From positions 16,244,001 to 16,308,000 of the forward strand of contig JAQFVV010000003.1 in assembly GCA_028023455.1 (NCBI GenBank): 64,000 bases of DNA, written 5' to 3'. A program made the translations under genes and the position numbers. This DNA comes from Epiperipatus broadwayi. Its lineage: Eukaryota > Animalia > Onychophora. The notes under the pieces were generated by a model. The model worked only from the letters and a program-made list of their open reading frames with translations, did no database searches and had not been told where the DNA came from. Numbering within the stretch: the first letter of the stretch is position 1; each line of letters starts with the position of its first letter. Shown piece after piece: positions 1 through 11,937 of this stretch.

Positions 1-589
1 TAATAACCATAATGCAAATCTTTGTATATTTTAATAAATAAATATTATTAGGATGACAAGTCAAATTGACATTAATTCTAATGTTAATGTGAATAGAATT
101 TCTCTAAAATAGCCTATTATTTATTTTTGACTTTGCTCAAAGGCCTTTCGTATTGTGAAAATGAAGTTTGTTCATCTAATTGTTGATCGTCCTTTTTTCT
201 TTTCTCACCAATGTTTCCAAGTAACATATATTTTTCTAATGAATTAGGACAAAAAAAAAGCACAATTTTAATGTATTTATTGATGCTTATTCAATTAAGT
301 ATGCAGTTTTTCATTTTCCTTGTTATCCATAGAATTTTCAAAAGTTTTCATTAATATCAGGAGTTTAGATGATATAAAGTTATCTGAGTAATGTGATGCT
401 TAGTTTGATTTCAGATAATGACTTATTATAATAAAATCGAAAGCAGTTTAAGTCACTTTGTAGCAGAGTACTATAATCTAGTCATAATATTTGATCATCA
501 TCATTGATAATTTTCTGTTGCTTGATATTTTTTGTTATTTAGAACTACATTGCAAATTTTAATCATTAATGAGCCTTTTATAATAAACC

Positions 590-1329
590 TGTTATATCCG
601 CAAGTGTGACTGTGCGGCCAGCAATTAAATATATACTATGAAAGACTCACAATATTTCACGTAATCAGAATAGCGAATAGTCCGCAACAACTCTATTTCT
701 GCAGTTCGCTAAAGTTCAATTCTCTCGATGTTCTTTCAGGCTGGCTGCTACAAAAATGGTTCACAATGGGCATACTTTAGCCCCAGTCCAGTTTAGCTGT
801 ACACAAACTCTTCGTAGTAAGCACTGCAACTGACCTTAAGCTCCTTACAGCTTCCATCTCTGCAACAGTCTACTTCACTTGAAAACCGCTGGAAACTCAA
901 TTCTTTATTCAGCTGCTATTCAGACGGTTTCTTCAGGCTGTGGTCTCCTTCAGCTATACCCGTGAACTACATTTCCACTGGGCACTGGACATTAACCATA
1001 AGCACTGACACTATATGTCTCCTACTGGAATTGAACAGTAACTCTACTGTAGATGCACTCAATACTGCCTACTCAAAAACTGTGTAGTTGTTACCCAGTC
1101 TTCTTATCGCTTTCTGACAACTGCAGCAAAATCACTGTCGAATAAGGTAACGACTTTTATCTAGAAATATTTGCAATCAGCAAATATTTCTTGGAATTGT
1201 TGATCACCATTACGTCAATGCCTTAATTAAATTCCTCAGTTATCAGAGCACGATCTAAAAACAACAACTCTAATAAATTCTAGTTTTTCCGGAGTGCAAA
1301 CTTGTCTGCCATTTTTACAAAATACTACA
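590..1329. mobile_element. Solo LTR (LTR retrotransposon, superfamily unresolved)
   Basis: Begins TGTTAT and ends ACTACA; flanked by a 5-bp direct repeat AAACC (585-589, 1330-1334); more GC-rich than the flanks; no ORF. Confidence 0.55.
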
Positions 1330-2125
1330 AAACCAACAAAATACATTTATCTAAAGAAAAATCATAGATCTCTAAATTGACTATAAATAAAAGATTATTC
1401 AAAATTTATCTTAATTGGAATGTTAATAGTAAACTTCACAGACTAATCTCTAAAGATTATTTACCTTCTTATCTGCATTCTGATATTACATTTTAAGTCT
1501 TTTGTACTAATTATGGAATTGTATGTTAAGATTTCTGCCTAAAGATATATTGAGTAAGCTGACCATTAAGATATTACAACCAAGCATTTATGTTTAAATA
1601 TTTATCAATAGTGGTTTATCATTTTTTCATATTTATTTTATTAGATTATCATTTTTATTTAAATATTTTATGGTCTGAGCATGAACAAATATTCATTTTC
1701 AATTTAGAACTGTTAGATCACAATTATTGCAGATAGCAATTAATATGTTTTAGAAAAACGGATTTACATTATTTGATAAATGATGCACAGTGTGTGTAAA
1801 TAAAGTAAATGAATTACTGAACTTCTTGCATTATTATTGCATACTGACCATAATTAGAGTTTAAAATGTGTCACCAACCCCTGTATCAAGCTAGAAAAAT
1901 GACCCTCTGTACAATCAAATGAAACAGGTCTGAATAAATCTTCTAACAATAGTAAACTCAGAAAGAATTAAGCTTCTAGCATGTAATATTGGTAAGAAAT
2001 TAGATTTAATGTTATGGCTACTGAAATCTTTATTCATGTCACTGCTACAACTGTTATTATTATTACTATTATTGAAAATAATAATTTGATATTTATTTCA
2101 ACTAGCAATTTGATATCATAGTGTA

Positions 2126-2342
2126 AATCTCAGATCCATAAATAAGAACTGGTAAAATACATTTATTAAAAACCTTCCATTTCAAACACATGGGCATATT
2201 TCCTTTTAATGTTAAATTATTCCTATTAAAAGCACTCCAAGTTTAATTCTATGCTTAATTTCATTCATTATATTTCCATCTGCAGTAATAATCTGTATAT
2301 TTGTAGTTGTTAATTTCTTCTAACTCATCATTATCAATCTTC
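2126..2342 (-). mobile_element. RTE LINE internal fragment
   Basis: Matches the region after the RT domain in the RTE copies (e.g. 12335-12550, 60830-61050). Confidence 0.8.
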
Positions 2343-4159
2343 TCCAAGACGACTTATCAATTAACCCTGTTGTTTAGTAACCATTTGTGTTGGTAAATGA
2401 ATATAACTTAAGTACTTACTGATTATATTTAATTATATTACACAATCTTTCTTTAATTAAACTTTAAGAAGATGACATATGAAAAAAAAAAGAAGATGAA
2501 TATTAATTAAGCGATTTTAGAATTTCTGTTCAAAACAAAATAGTTTTTTGTTTTTTGAAAAGAATTTAAAAAAAGAACTTAAATTTACAACAAAAACAAA
2601 AACGAAAATTCTTTAAAAAGAAAACTATTATTTGAAAATAATCTACATTGTCATTAAAATGCTTTTAGTGGTTTTTTATTTTAAAAAATATAATTATTGA
2701 ACAAACATTAAAAATATAATTTTTTGGCTTTGAATTTTTTATTCTTTTTTTTTTTTTCAGTGAATTGCTTTTATTAAGACAAAATATTAATATATATTGT
2801 TAAAGATTAAAGGTTTTAATTTATATAGGAATTATTGTTATTATAAACCCATTATTAATTAATAATGGTCTCCTATGCTAAAATTAAAGTTTATCAACAG
2901 GCTTAGATTCTTTTTTTTTTAAATTTCAAATAGCCAGTTTATAGCCAACCACTCAGTATTGGTCGGTAAATGGATTGTTGACTATTGTCTTTTCTTTCAT
3001 TCTTTCTCTACGATGACGACAGGTTGTTGAAAATGCCTTTATCCTAAAGTGGGCTTTAGTATCCAATTGGATAATTGAGTACAATTGTGTCAAACAGATT
3101 TTATTTTTACTTTACTCAGTGAAGAATAAATTGAGGAATTTTTAGCTCAAGTCCTTCTCTTTGTTAAATTGCTATGGTAGTTAGTGAGTAGTAGTTCGGA
3201 ATTCATAGCAGTAGTGTATCCACCTAAATATTATTTGACAGTTATCTTATTTAATGTCACAGCTATATAGATGTATAATAATCAAATTAGCTTGAGTTTG
3301 AAATCTTAATAGTTTGAGTAATGTCAAAGATTTGAATATTGATTGGATGAATATATGGAATTCAGTATTCCTCTGTGACAAGACTCTATGCCCTGATTCT
3401 TACTTGGAGATGTGTCTGGCAATGCCATCTTGTATCAATTGATTATTTATGTTTAAATAATTAGTTATAGAATGGAGTGATATAGAGAAAATTATTGCTG
3501 GTAGTGCAGATATTAAATATAAACTGAGAATATTGTAATGTTTTGTTTGGTAAACAATATAGAGATGTTGAGAAAAACAAGTCGATTAATATTTAGAAGT
3601 AGGAAGAATTAATAGTGCATGTTTGGAATGCTTTCAATGATAATATTCATATGATAGAGAATATTCATTCAGTGATAGAAATTGTAAAAGGATTTTTAAA
3701 AAAAATATCAAAATATTATTTTTTAATTCACATGATATTTAATCTTATAAGTTAAGATAGATGGATATACCAATTAGTAAAAGCAATATTCAGTAAGCTT
3801 TATTTTTAAAATTAATCTCTATTTTTATATATGATCATGATGAGCTATTTTTCATTAACTAGTGTCCATTAATCACTATTTATATAATTGATTAAGTGAA
3901 GTCAGATGCTATAATAGTTTTGGGTGATGTTTTTTCTTCACTATATTCTGTGTAGAAATACTGCAGTGGGTTTTTAATCCCCCCAATAGATTAACTAATG
4001 GTTTGTTTAATAGCTTAAATTATGTAAGGATTACAGATATTTTCCAATAATTATAGATTAAAATCGTAGAAAATTTAACAATGATCTTATGCTATCATTT
4101 AATATTGTTAAACAATATGTATAATCTAATTATGGTAAAAATGAAAAAGTCTTAAGTTG

Positions 4160-4390
4160 CTTACAAAGTCCTCTTCAACAATTCTCCACAGAATTAGAGA
4201 GAAACGTTTATGAGAAATGTGAAGAAATAGACTCCAAGTAGAAAAGCAATAATTGGAGTAAGATTTTTTTTTCATGTCTATCAATAGATGGAGCACAGAT
4301 CAACATTATCACAATCTACATAACATATGTTCATCTACGCGTCAGTAATGAAATACAAATAAACTTTAAAAAAAATTTCAAAAGATATTT
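4160..4390 (+). pseudogene. Highly degenerate hAT transposase fragment
   Basis: LSIDG-STD-like first catalytic Asp motif near 4278-4300, recovered only with a frameshift. Confidence 0.35.
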
Positions 4391-6097
4391 ATAAAGAAAT
4401 ATTTCCTTTTTATGTTGAGAAATATTATTTCAATCTATTTAATAACATTTTAGTGAAGATGACCAATTAAAAAATAGTTGTTCAAGAATCAGAGACATCA
4501 TATTCTTTTTTTAGAGACACTATATATTGCAAATTAAATTGATAAATAAATGTATTTTTAAAATCTTAATGATATTAACAACTTCATCTCTGATTTTTTT
4601 TTCTGCCAAACTGTGTGTGACGTTCTCGGCGTTCATTTTATTTTGAAAAGAGACGAGTTTGAATTCATATAATAGTTTTACTATCAGTTTAATATATAAA
4701 TTTATTATAAGATATATTAGTTTTTAAAAATTACAAAATGTATAATTATTATATTAATTAAATCATTGCATGTTTTTCTTTATAGAATATATTTTATTTT
4801 TAGAACTAAAGTTAATTTTATAATTAAATTAGATCTTTTGTTAAGTCGATTAATAATCCCCATCTGATTAACAGCATTCTTACTCAGTCCCAAGAGATTA
4901 GAAATTACTTTATTCAATATCAAATATATGAAAATGTTTTGTTATTGGTATTTTCTCTTTATCAAAGACTTCTGTAGTAAAAAATATTATTTTTATAAAG
5001 CAATCCTATAATATATATATATTTAATAGAATTACGTCAATATCCATCTATTCTGATCTAGATTAAAAACTACTAAAACTTTTATTACTCTGCATAATGT
5101 CTTCTCTTTGAACTATTATGGAAGAGTCTTAGCTTTGCAGTAATTTAGTTAAAGGCAGTTTTTTGCATTAATTTATTGTTAGTATTTTTTTTCATTTTTA
5201 GACCAAGATAAAGGTAGAGCATTAATTCAGCATATTTATTTTGCTCCAGAAACATCTGTTGTAAACTTGAATTATCAGTGCATTCTAGATTTGTGCTGCT
5301 GGGTCCATATTTTCGAAGTAATTTCTGGCATATGACCTTTTTCAGTGAGAAACTGCAATCATTAAAATATAGTTACAGTACTTGCTTTGAAACATTTCTA
5401 TACAATAATCAAAACTTTAGATTGTTTACAAAATTCATGATATTATCTTACTGGTATAAAAAATGGTGACTTGATGTACAGGGAATTGAATCAACATGCC
5501 CTATTAGTCTAAGAATTATAATGAAATAGCACTGCCATCTGGTATCCATTTATCAATTAATGCTTACAATATATAATTTTAGATTAGAAAGAAAAAAAAT
5601 GCTTCTAAACAATAATGATAAATGTAAGTTGAGAAAATGTTTTATTAGTATATACTATCCTAGACAAAAATGAAAATGACTACAGTTAGTATAAAAGTGA
5701 AATAATTAAAACATGTAGATGGTGTTTTAGTGTCAGATCTTTATAATTATATAAATAAAATGATTATGAGTTCAAAACTTAGAGGGTTTTGGAATTTTAA
5801 ACTGCTAGATTTACTAGGTGAAGTGTGTGGAATACAGTTTTATATCATCTGTGGAAATTGATTTTATACAAATCTTTCTAAAAGGGAGTTTGATTCAAAA
5901 TATTTCTTATAAAGACCCAATGCTAATTTTGATGATGCAACAAAAACAGTTGAAGAGCCAAATAAAAAAAAACGATGTTTTCACTAGTGATTTATAATAT
6001 TTATGTTTTCCCATGAATTATTATCTTTTTACTCTTCAAAGTTTGATCTCATTGCTATAATCTGTGAATTGGTAATTGTATTGAGTGCTTTTAATTT

Positions 6098-6312
6098 ATA
6101 TATATATATTGCTTACAATAATTCCTCTCATATACACTTTAGTGCAAATTTTTTTTAATGATTTCTTTATTTTCCTGATAGTTTTGACTATCCTGCAGTC
6201 TTCATCAGAACGATCTTAATCTTAAACTGTCAGGAAAATAAAGAAACGATTAAAAAAAATTTGCATTAAAGTATATAAGAGGGGAATTATTGTAAGCAAT
6301 ATATATATATAT
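6098..6312. mobile_element. Fold-back element with a central degenerate hammerhead motif (minus strand)
   Basis: Inverted arms 6098-6184 and 6224-6312 in a (TA)n tract; minus strand 6172-6212 reads CTGATGA-a-GACT-gcaggat-AGTC-aaaactatc. Confidence 0.7.
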
Positions 6313-7621
6313 GAATATATGAAGAAATGCAAAGAAAGTAAAAGGAGAAAAATATGAATATACTTCTTTTAATTTAATGAATTGAAAATCATGTACAGTG
6401 ATAATAGTACACCTAGTTCAATATTATAAACTCAAAATCTGCACTTCTGGACAAATTTTCAACTGAAGATGATCTTTTAAATGATTATTGAAGCTGATAA
6501 TACCATTTTTCTTAAATTGAAATCAAGCATTACTCTGTGGTATGATTTGTTGTTTGATTCGTCAGAGAATCAATGAAGTAATAATGAACATAATGATATT
6601 ATCATTTCTGAATCAAGTATGGACTTTATTTAAAGATGACAGTCAATTAAATAGCTATATCTCATTCAGGAAAATTACTTAATATGTTGGTAAAATGTAA
6701 TTCTCATCTTATTCCACTTACAGTCATAATAAAGAAGGCAAGTGGTAATATGTAGTTAATACACATTAATAATTGTGAGCTTATATTCTGTTAATTTTAA
6801 CATAATAGTTGATAATAGTAAAGAGGGTCAAGCTGAAACATTTTATACATTTTTATATCCTAATTTTAACTCAAATCGGGATTATAGACAATTTAGAGAT
6901 ACTAATTTGCTGGAAAATACCCAGTCTGTTCAAGATAATGTTATTCTCTTCAAAACAAAACTTGTTATAAAAGTCTTAAATTAATTAATTTCAAGTCAGT
7001 TTGATAGGAATTTGAGAATTTATTACATTATTGGTATATATGTTCCCTAATGACTGATTACCTATATTAAAGTGCATTGAGATTCTCCACAATCCAGTTA
7101 ATATCATCTTAGGTAATGACTTGATTTTATAAATTTTCCCTTTTTGCCTTCAAGCAGCTTTTTATTATTATTATTATTATTTTCTAGTTTCATGGTTCTT
7201 TTCTAATCTAATTGACTTTTTTACTTATTTGAATTCTGGTAGGATGGGCATATATAATGCTACCTTTTCTGGTCTTACTTGTAAGGAAGTTCAATTCATT
7301 GGATAGAAACTATTTCTCCCTGGTTTATAATTTCTCTATTATAACTGTGGTTTTATTTCTAACCATTTTTATTCTTTTTCTAATTTAATTTCTGCATTGT
7401 TTGGATGAAATTTATGCAGATTTTAAAATCTTGTCATACTTTTAGTTCAGAGTTTTTAATGTCTGTTAATGATATAAAATTTTCATTAAAGTATATGATG
7501 TTGCTTTAAAATTGATATCATTAAACAAATTACATTAATAGGGGAATCATTAATAGCAGACTACCATCAGTGTTTATCAAATGTTTTTGTTTGACTATAA
7601 TATCCTATTGCTTAGAAACCT

Positions 7622-7868
7622 TGGTTGTTGTCGTCCCTGTGTAATGCGGCCGCAAGAGGCGCTGTTTTCCATGGCAACCACAGAAATGGGGGCCAAAGTG
7701 CTTGCAGCTACTTGACATAAGGTTACTGTGTGTACGCATGGTGAACAGCGCCATCTAGCGGTTGGAACTTGCATCGTCTGCTGTTGGCCCCCTAATCTGA
7801 ATATTTCTGTGGTTGCCACGGAAAACAGTGCCTCTTGCGGCCGCATTACACGGGGACGACAACAATCG
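7622..7868. mobile_element. GC-rich MITE with long TIRs
   Basis: About 65-bp inverted arms (7622-7688, 7803-7868); 6-7 bp direct repeat (G)AAACCT on both flanks; CpGs retained. Confidence 0.85.
7746..7761 (-). promoter_or_regulatory. CTCF-like motif inside the MITE
   Basis: Minus strand CCGCTAGATGGCGCTG fits the CTCF core consensus CCASYAGRKGGCRS except at one position; motif match only. Confidence 0.45.
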
Positions 7869-9158
7869 AAACCTCAAATGGGCAGAAAACATAAGTATTT
7901 TATCAATTTCTTAATGATAGTGTTTCCAAATATTACAAATATTTGAGTTAATTTTAATATGCTTTGAATCAGTTCAACATAGTATTGGCATAGTTGAAAC
8001 ATGCATAATAATTGTATTGCTAGTTATAAAAGAGTTATGGTAAATTTTGTGAAAACCTCTTATTTCAATTTTAATACAATTTATAATTATGCAATGGATG
8101 ATTAAGAAGTATCTGGTTTGTTAATGTGTTCAGTAGTCCTATGCCACAAAAAGAAACATTATGCTATTGAGATGTCTGCAAAGCATTTTTAGAGAGTCTG
8201 CCAGGCTATCCATTTCTTGGAGAGGTTGACTAACCCAAGAACACATATTCTTTGTTGATGAGGTAATGACTTTTGAGTCATAGATCTACATTTTTTAATT
8301 AATATGTGACTTCAAAATTTTTCAAAGAGACACTTTTACTATTTTAAACAAATGATTGTACAATAATTTTTATTTATAAATACTATCCTGAGAATGAAAT
8401 GGAGGCAGAATTTTTTTTAAAGAAAACCAATATCTTTTGGTCAGTATATAGAGGTATAATTCAGGTATGTTTTAGATAGCTTGCCCATAACTGGAATTTA
8501 TGATTGTCAGTTTTCATTTGTAGCTTTCCTTAAGGGTAGAGACAAATCTGATGGTCTGTCTGTCCTTTTTAGAATCTGAGATGGTGATTTTTTCAAATTA
8601 CTTGAAGAACTAAAAGTAATCAATACAAGAATATTTACTTTAGGATTTTGCCAAAAATGCTGTAAAGGAACTTGACAAAAACATTTACTATGTCATGTTT
8701 TGTTGGTATATATGTCTTATATGATGTAGGACAGATTATATTTAGTTGTTTGTATACCTGAAGATTTTTTATGTAAGTCTTTTTTAGATAGCTATACTAT
8801 ATCCAATTCAATGATCTCTCCCATCTTGGTCAGTAAATTGGATATGTAATTATTTTTGGCTGGTAAATAAAGTCTCAAAATAATCTGATTTGTTCACATA
8901 AAATGTTTAATTCACTGACTATAAAATTAAAACATGATTGTAATATTTGTAATTATATGTTGGACTATTTCTATTGTCTAGTCAAATTATTAAATAATTT
9001 TAAAACTTCAAACTTTATTTATACTTTTCCAAATTCATTTAATTGTTAGTAGTAACACAGAAATTGTAAACACAATGTTTGAATAATATTTTTTTCTTCT
9101 TCAGATATATTTAACCTCACAAACTATCAGACTAGTATAGTGAATGAATTTGTAACCT

Positions 9159-9197
9159 TCAGAATAGCCTAGCTGGTTAGAGTTTCGCCTTAAATTT
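9159..9197 (+). mobile_element. tRNA-derived SINE head fragment (family S1)
   Basis: CAGAATAGCCTAGCTGGTTAGAG A-box-like head; same family as 23249-23327. Confidence 0.55.
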
Positions 9198-9419
9198 AGC
9201 ATGGATCTGAATATTCCATTGCTTTATTGCAGTTGCAAAAATTTTTAAGGTTTCATTGGAATGATTAAATATTTTGGAAATAACTATCCTTTATTAATAA
9301 AATGCATTCTCTATACTCAAATTTGAAATCATTAAAATCCATATGTTGAGGATGACTTACTGATTTTTATTTAGATTATTATTTTTATATAAACAAAAAA
9401 AGAGCAAACCAATGTCTAT

Positions 9420-9775
9420 AGACTATTGAACAAATATGGAAATATTTTTTTGGGAATAAGAAGAAGGAATCAAAAGTGAAATACTTGAGTGAGAGAACAA
9501 ACAGGCATCATTGAAAAAAAATTAAGAAATTGAAATGGAACTGGGCTACACATATTGCTAAAGGATATAACATATGGACAAGTGAAATCTAAACTGGATC
9601 TCAAGAAATTGGAAAAAAATTGAGAAATATCCACATGTGAGATGGATAGATGAAATAAGGAAATTTTGTTGGTGTGATATGAAGAAAAGAGGCTATGGAT
9701 CAGAGAAACTGGATTAAACTTGGAGTGACTTCATCCTAAAATGGATCCATATTGGATGAAGATGATGATGATATA
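9420..9775 (+). mobile_element. RTE LINE 3' end
   Basis: Encodes degenerate KLKWNWATHIA and RWIDEI motifs of the RTE C-terminus and ends in a (GAT)n tail. Confidence 0.8.
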
Positions 9776-11059
9776 AATAAATGTAAAAATCGTAACTAAA
9801 TATAGATATTCAATTACTTAGTTTGTAAGTAGAATTTTGATAATAGATTGATTTCAATTTATGAATTTAATAACTTTTAAGTTCATTATTCCTACTTTCT
9901 AAAAAATTGAAACATGGTGACCTTTTGTCATAAATACATTATTCAGTGTGCTCTTTTCAGTGTAAAGGTTGCTGACCACTATTATGGTACAGCAAAAATT
10001 CAATCTCTGTATTATTGCAGATCTACTTATGAATAGCTGAACTATGTTGAAGAAGAAAAAAGATATTTCAAGTTGACATTCTGATAATAAGTAGTACTCT
10101 TGTAGCTGATTTAATTTCTACAAATATTATTAGTTATCCTGAAGAGATAGATTGACTACTCAGAATGACACTTTATCAGTGCAAATAATTTATTAAAAAA
10201 GGCCCAAGCTTGTTAGGCCTCAGAAATTTAAAGCCAATTTTTTTGGAGAATTTGGTTCACAAATAATTCTAAAAATGTTGCTTAAGATAGTGATTTTTAT
10301 ATTGTTTGGAGTCTGTTTTGATTTTCTCTATGCAAGAATTTGTACTCTTAGCATGTCAACTATATTATTGCTGAATTTGACTTTCAAGCTGCAATTGATT
10401 CATTCTCACAGGGTCCTTGTTGTATGTAGCATGAGGGAGTGTTTGGTCAGTGAAACATTAAAGCTGATCTAGTCTACATCACAACAAATATTTGCAAGTA
10501 TTACTGCTATATCAACTCTCTTCATAAAGATCTTATGCTGCCTTTTTTTTTTTTTACAAATATCTGTACAGCATAAAAAAAATCAAATATTTTGTAATTT
10601 TCAAGTAAAAATTGAATGTATAATGAAATCATTCAATTCACCTTAGTTAAATTTGATATTGTTTCAGGATTAAAGTTCATAGACATTCATCTAATTTTTT
10701 TTTTTTACATTTTATATACTATTAAATTTGAGAAACTTGAATTTGGTTTGACCTAAAAATCATTGCACCTTATACAAAAGAAAAGTGTTGTTGCTATTTT
10801 CTATCTTTTGAGTATTGTATGCTTACATGATTTAGTAGTGAAATGAAAGTTGCAAAAATAATTTATGTACTTGACAATTGTGATATGTAGAGTTTAAAAA
10901 GAAGAAACATGTAAAGGATACTTTACTTCACCTAAGTCTACTTACGATTTTATGTATAATTAATTCTTTTGTTAATCTGTATCTTCTTTAAATACACTGT
11001 TGTAATCAGTAACTCTATGAATAATGTATGTAGATAATTTCTCTGTAGGTCCTATGGAC

Positions 11060-11600
11060 AAGTAATATTTGGTCATCATCAATAATAGATTGCCATCTTC
11101 TTAATTTATTCTAGAACTTTAAATTTATAATTTCATCATAGTCAAGTCTTTTATGTGATTTTGTTTTTAATAATTATCATCCACTACAATATAAATATTT
11201 CTTAAGTTAACACTTTCTTCAATTTACTGCTTCTTTTTTTTTACATCACTCCAACAAATTTATTTTATTTCATCCATTTATCTACTGTGGACTTTCTTTA
11301 TGCCTTTTGTAAACTCTTGGGATTCAGTTTAAGATTTTAGTTATTCATTCATTAATATTTTTTTTACAAATGTCTATTTTAGCTCCATTTTACTCTCTTA
11401 AATTCTTTTAATATCAGGGGTATCTCTTCTCTCACCTATGTAATCTTTTGGGATTCAGTTTAAGACTGATTATTTATTTATTAATATCTTTTTAGAAACA
11501 TATCCAGCTTAGTTCATTTCACTTTCATAATTCTTTGAATGATGACATAGATTCATCCTTGTTCATCCCACATACTTTTTGTGTCCAAGTCTTATATCAT
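11060..11600 (-). mobile_element. Degenerate LINE 3' fragments (RTE-like, two partial repeats)
   Basis: Two GGGATTCAGTTTAAGA segments (about 11319 and 11449) resemble the 3' region of the RTE copies. Confidence 0.45.
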
Positions 11601-11937
11601 TAAATAAGAATTGATAAAAATACAAACTTTCTTTTCATTTTTTCTTTTCACATTGTATATTTTCAAATACTTTTATTCAACTTATATTCTCTTTTTTGTG
11701 TATTTGTTTAATACATATAATTTAAGTAAGACATCTGAGAGGGCAGTATAGGGATTTTTTGTTTTCAGTTGATAGATTTGAAAATTGAGCTTAATATATT
11801 TTAAATAATCGGTGATTTTTTTAAAAATTTCAATTGAAAATTAAATTTAATGATTTATGAGACACATATATAATAATGTATACATACTAAATCTGATATA
11901 TCCATAAGAAGTGTGCATATTAGCTTATTGCTGAAGT

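Noticed and set aside
919-958. Hammerhead-like words in the solo LTR (CTGAAGG..GAAACCGTC, minus strand)
   Set aside because: A9 is altered, stem II is mismatched, GAA is duplicated and no stem I forms
3008-3045. CGATGA-CGACA(ggt)TGTTG-AAAATGCC hammerhead-like stretch
   Set aside because: Core incomplete, G12 is used in stem II, and no stem I
7595-7946. Overlapping ORFs on both strands
   Set aside because: By-products of the GC-rich palindromic MITE; both strands give the same peptide words
8400-8940. Possible degenerate LINE endonuclease fragment
   Set aside because: Only faint motif echoes across several stops and frameshifts
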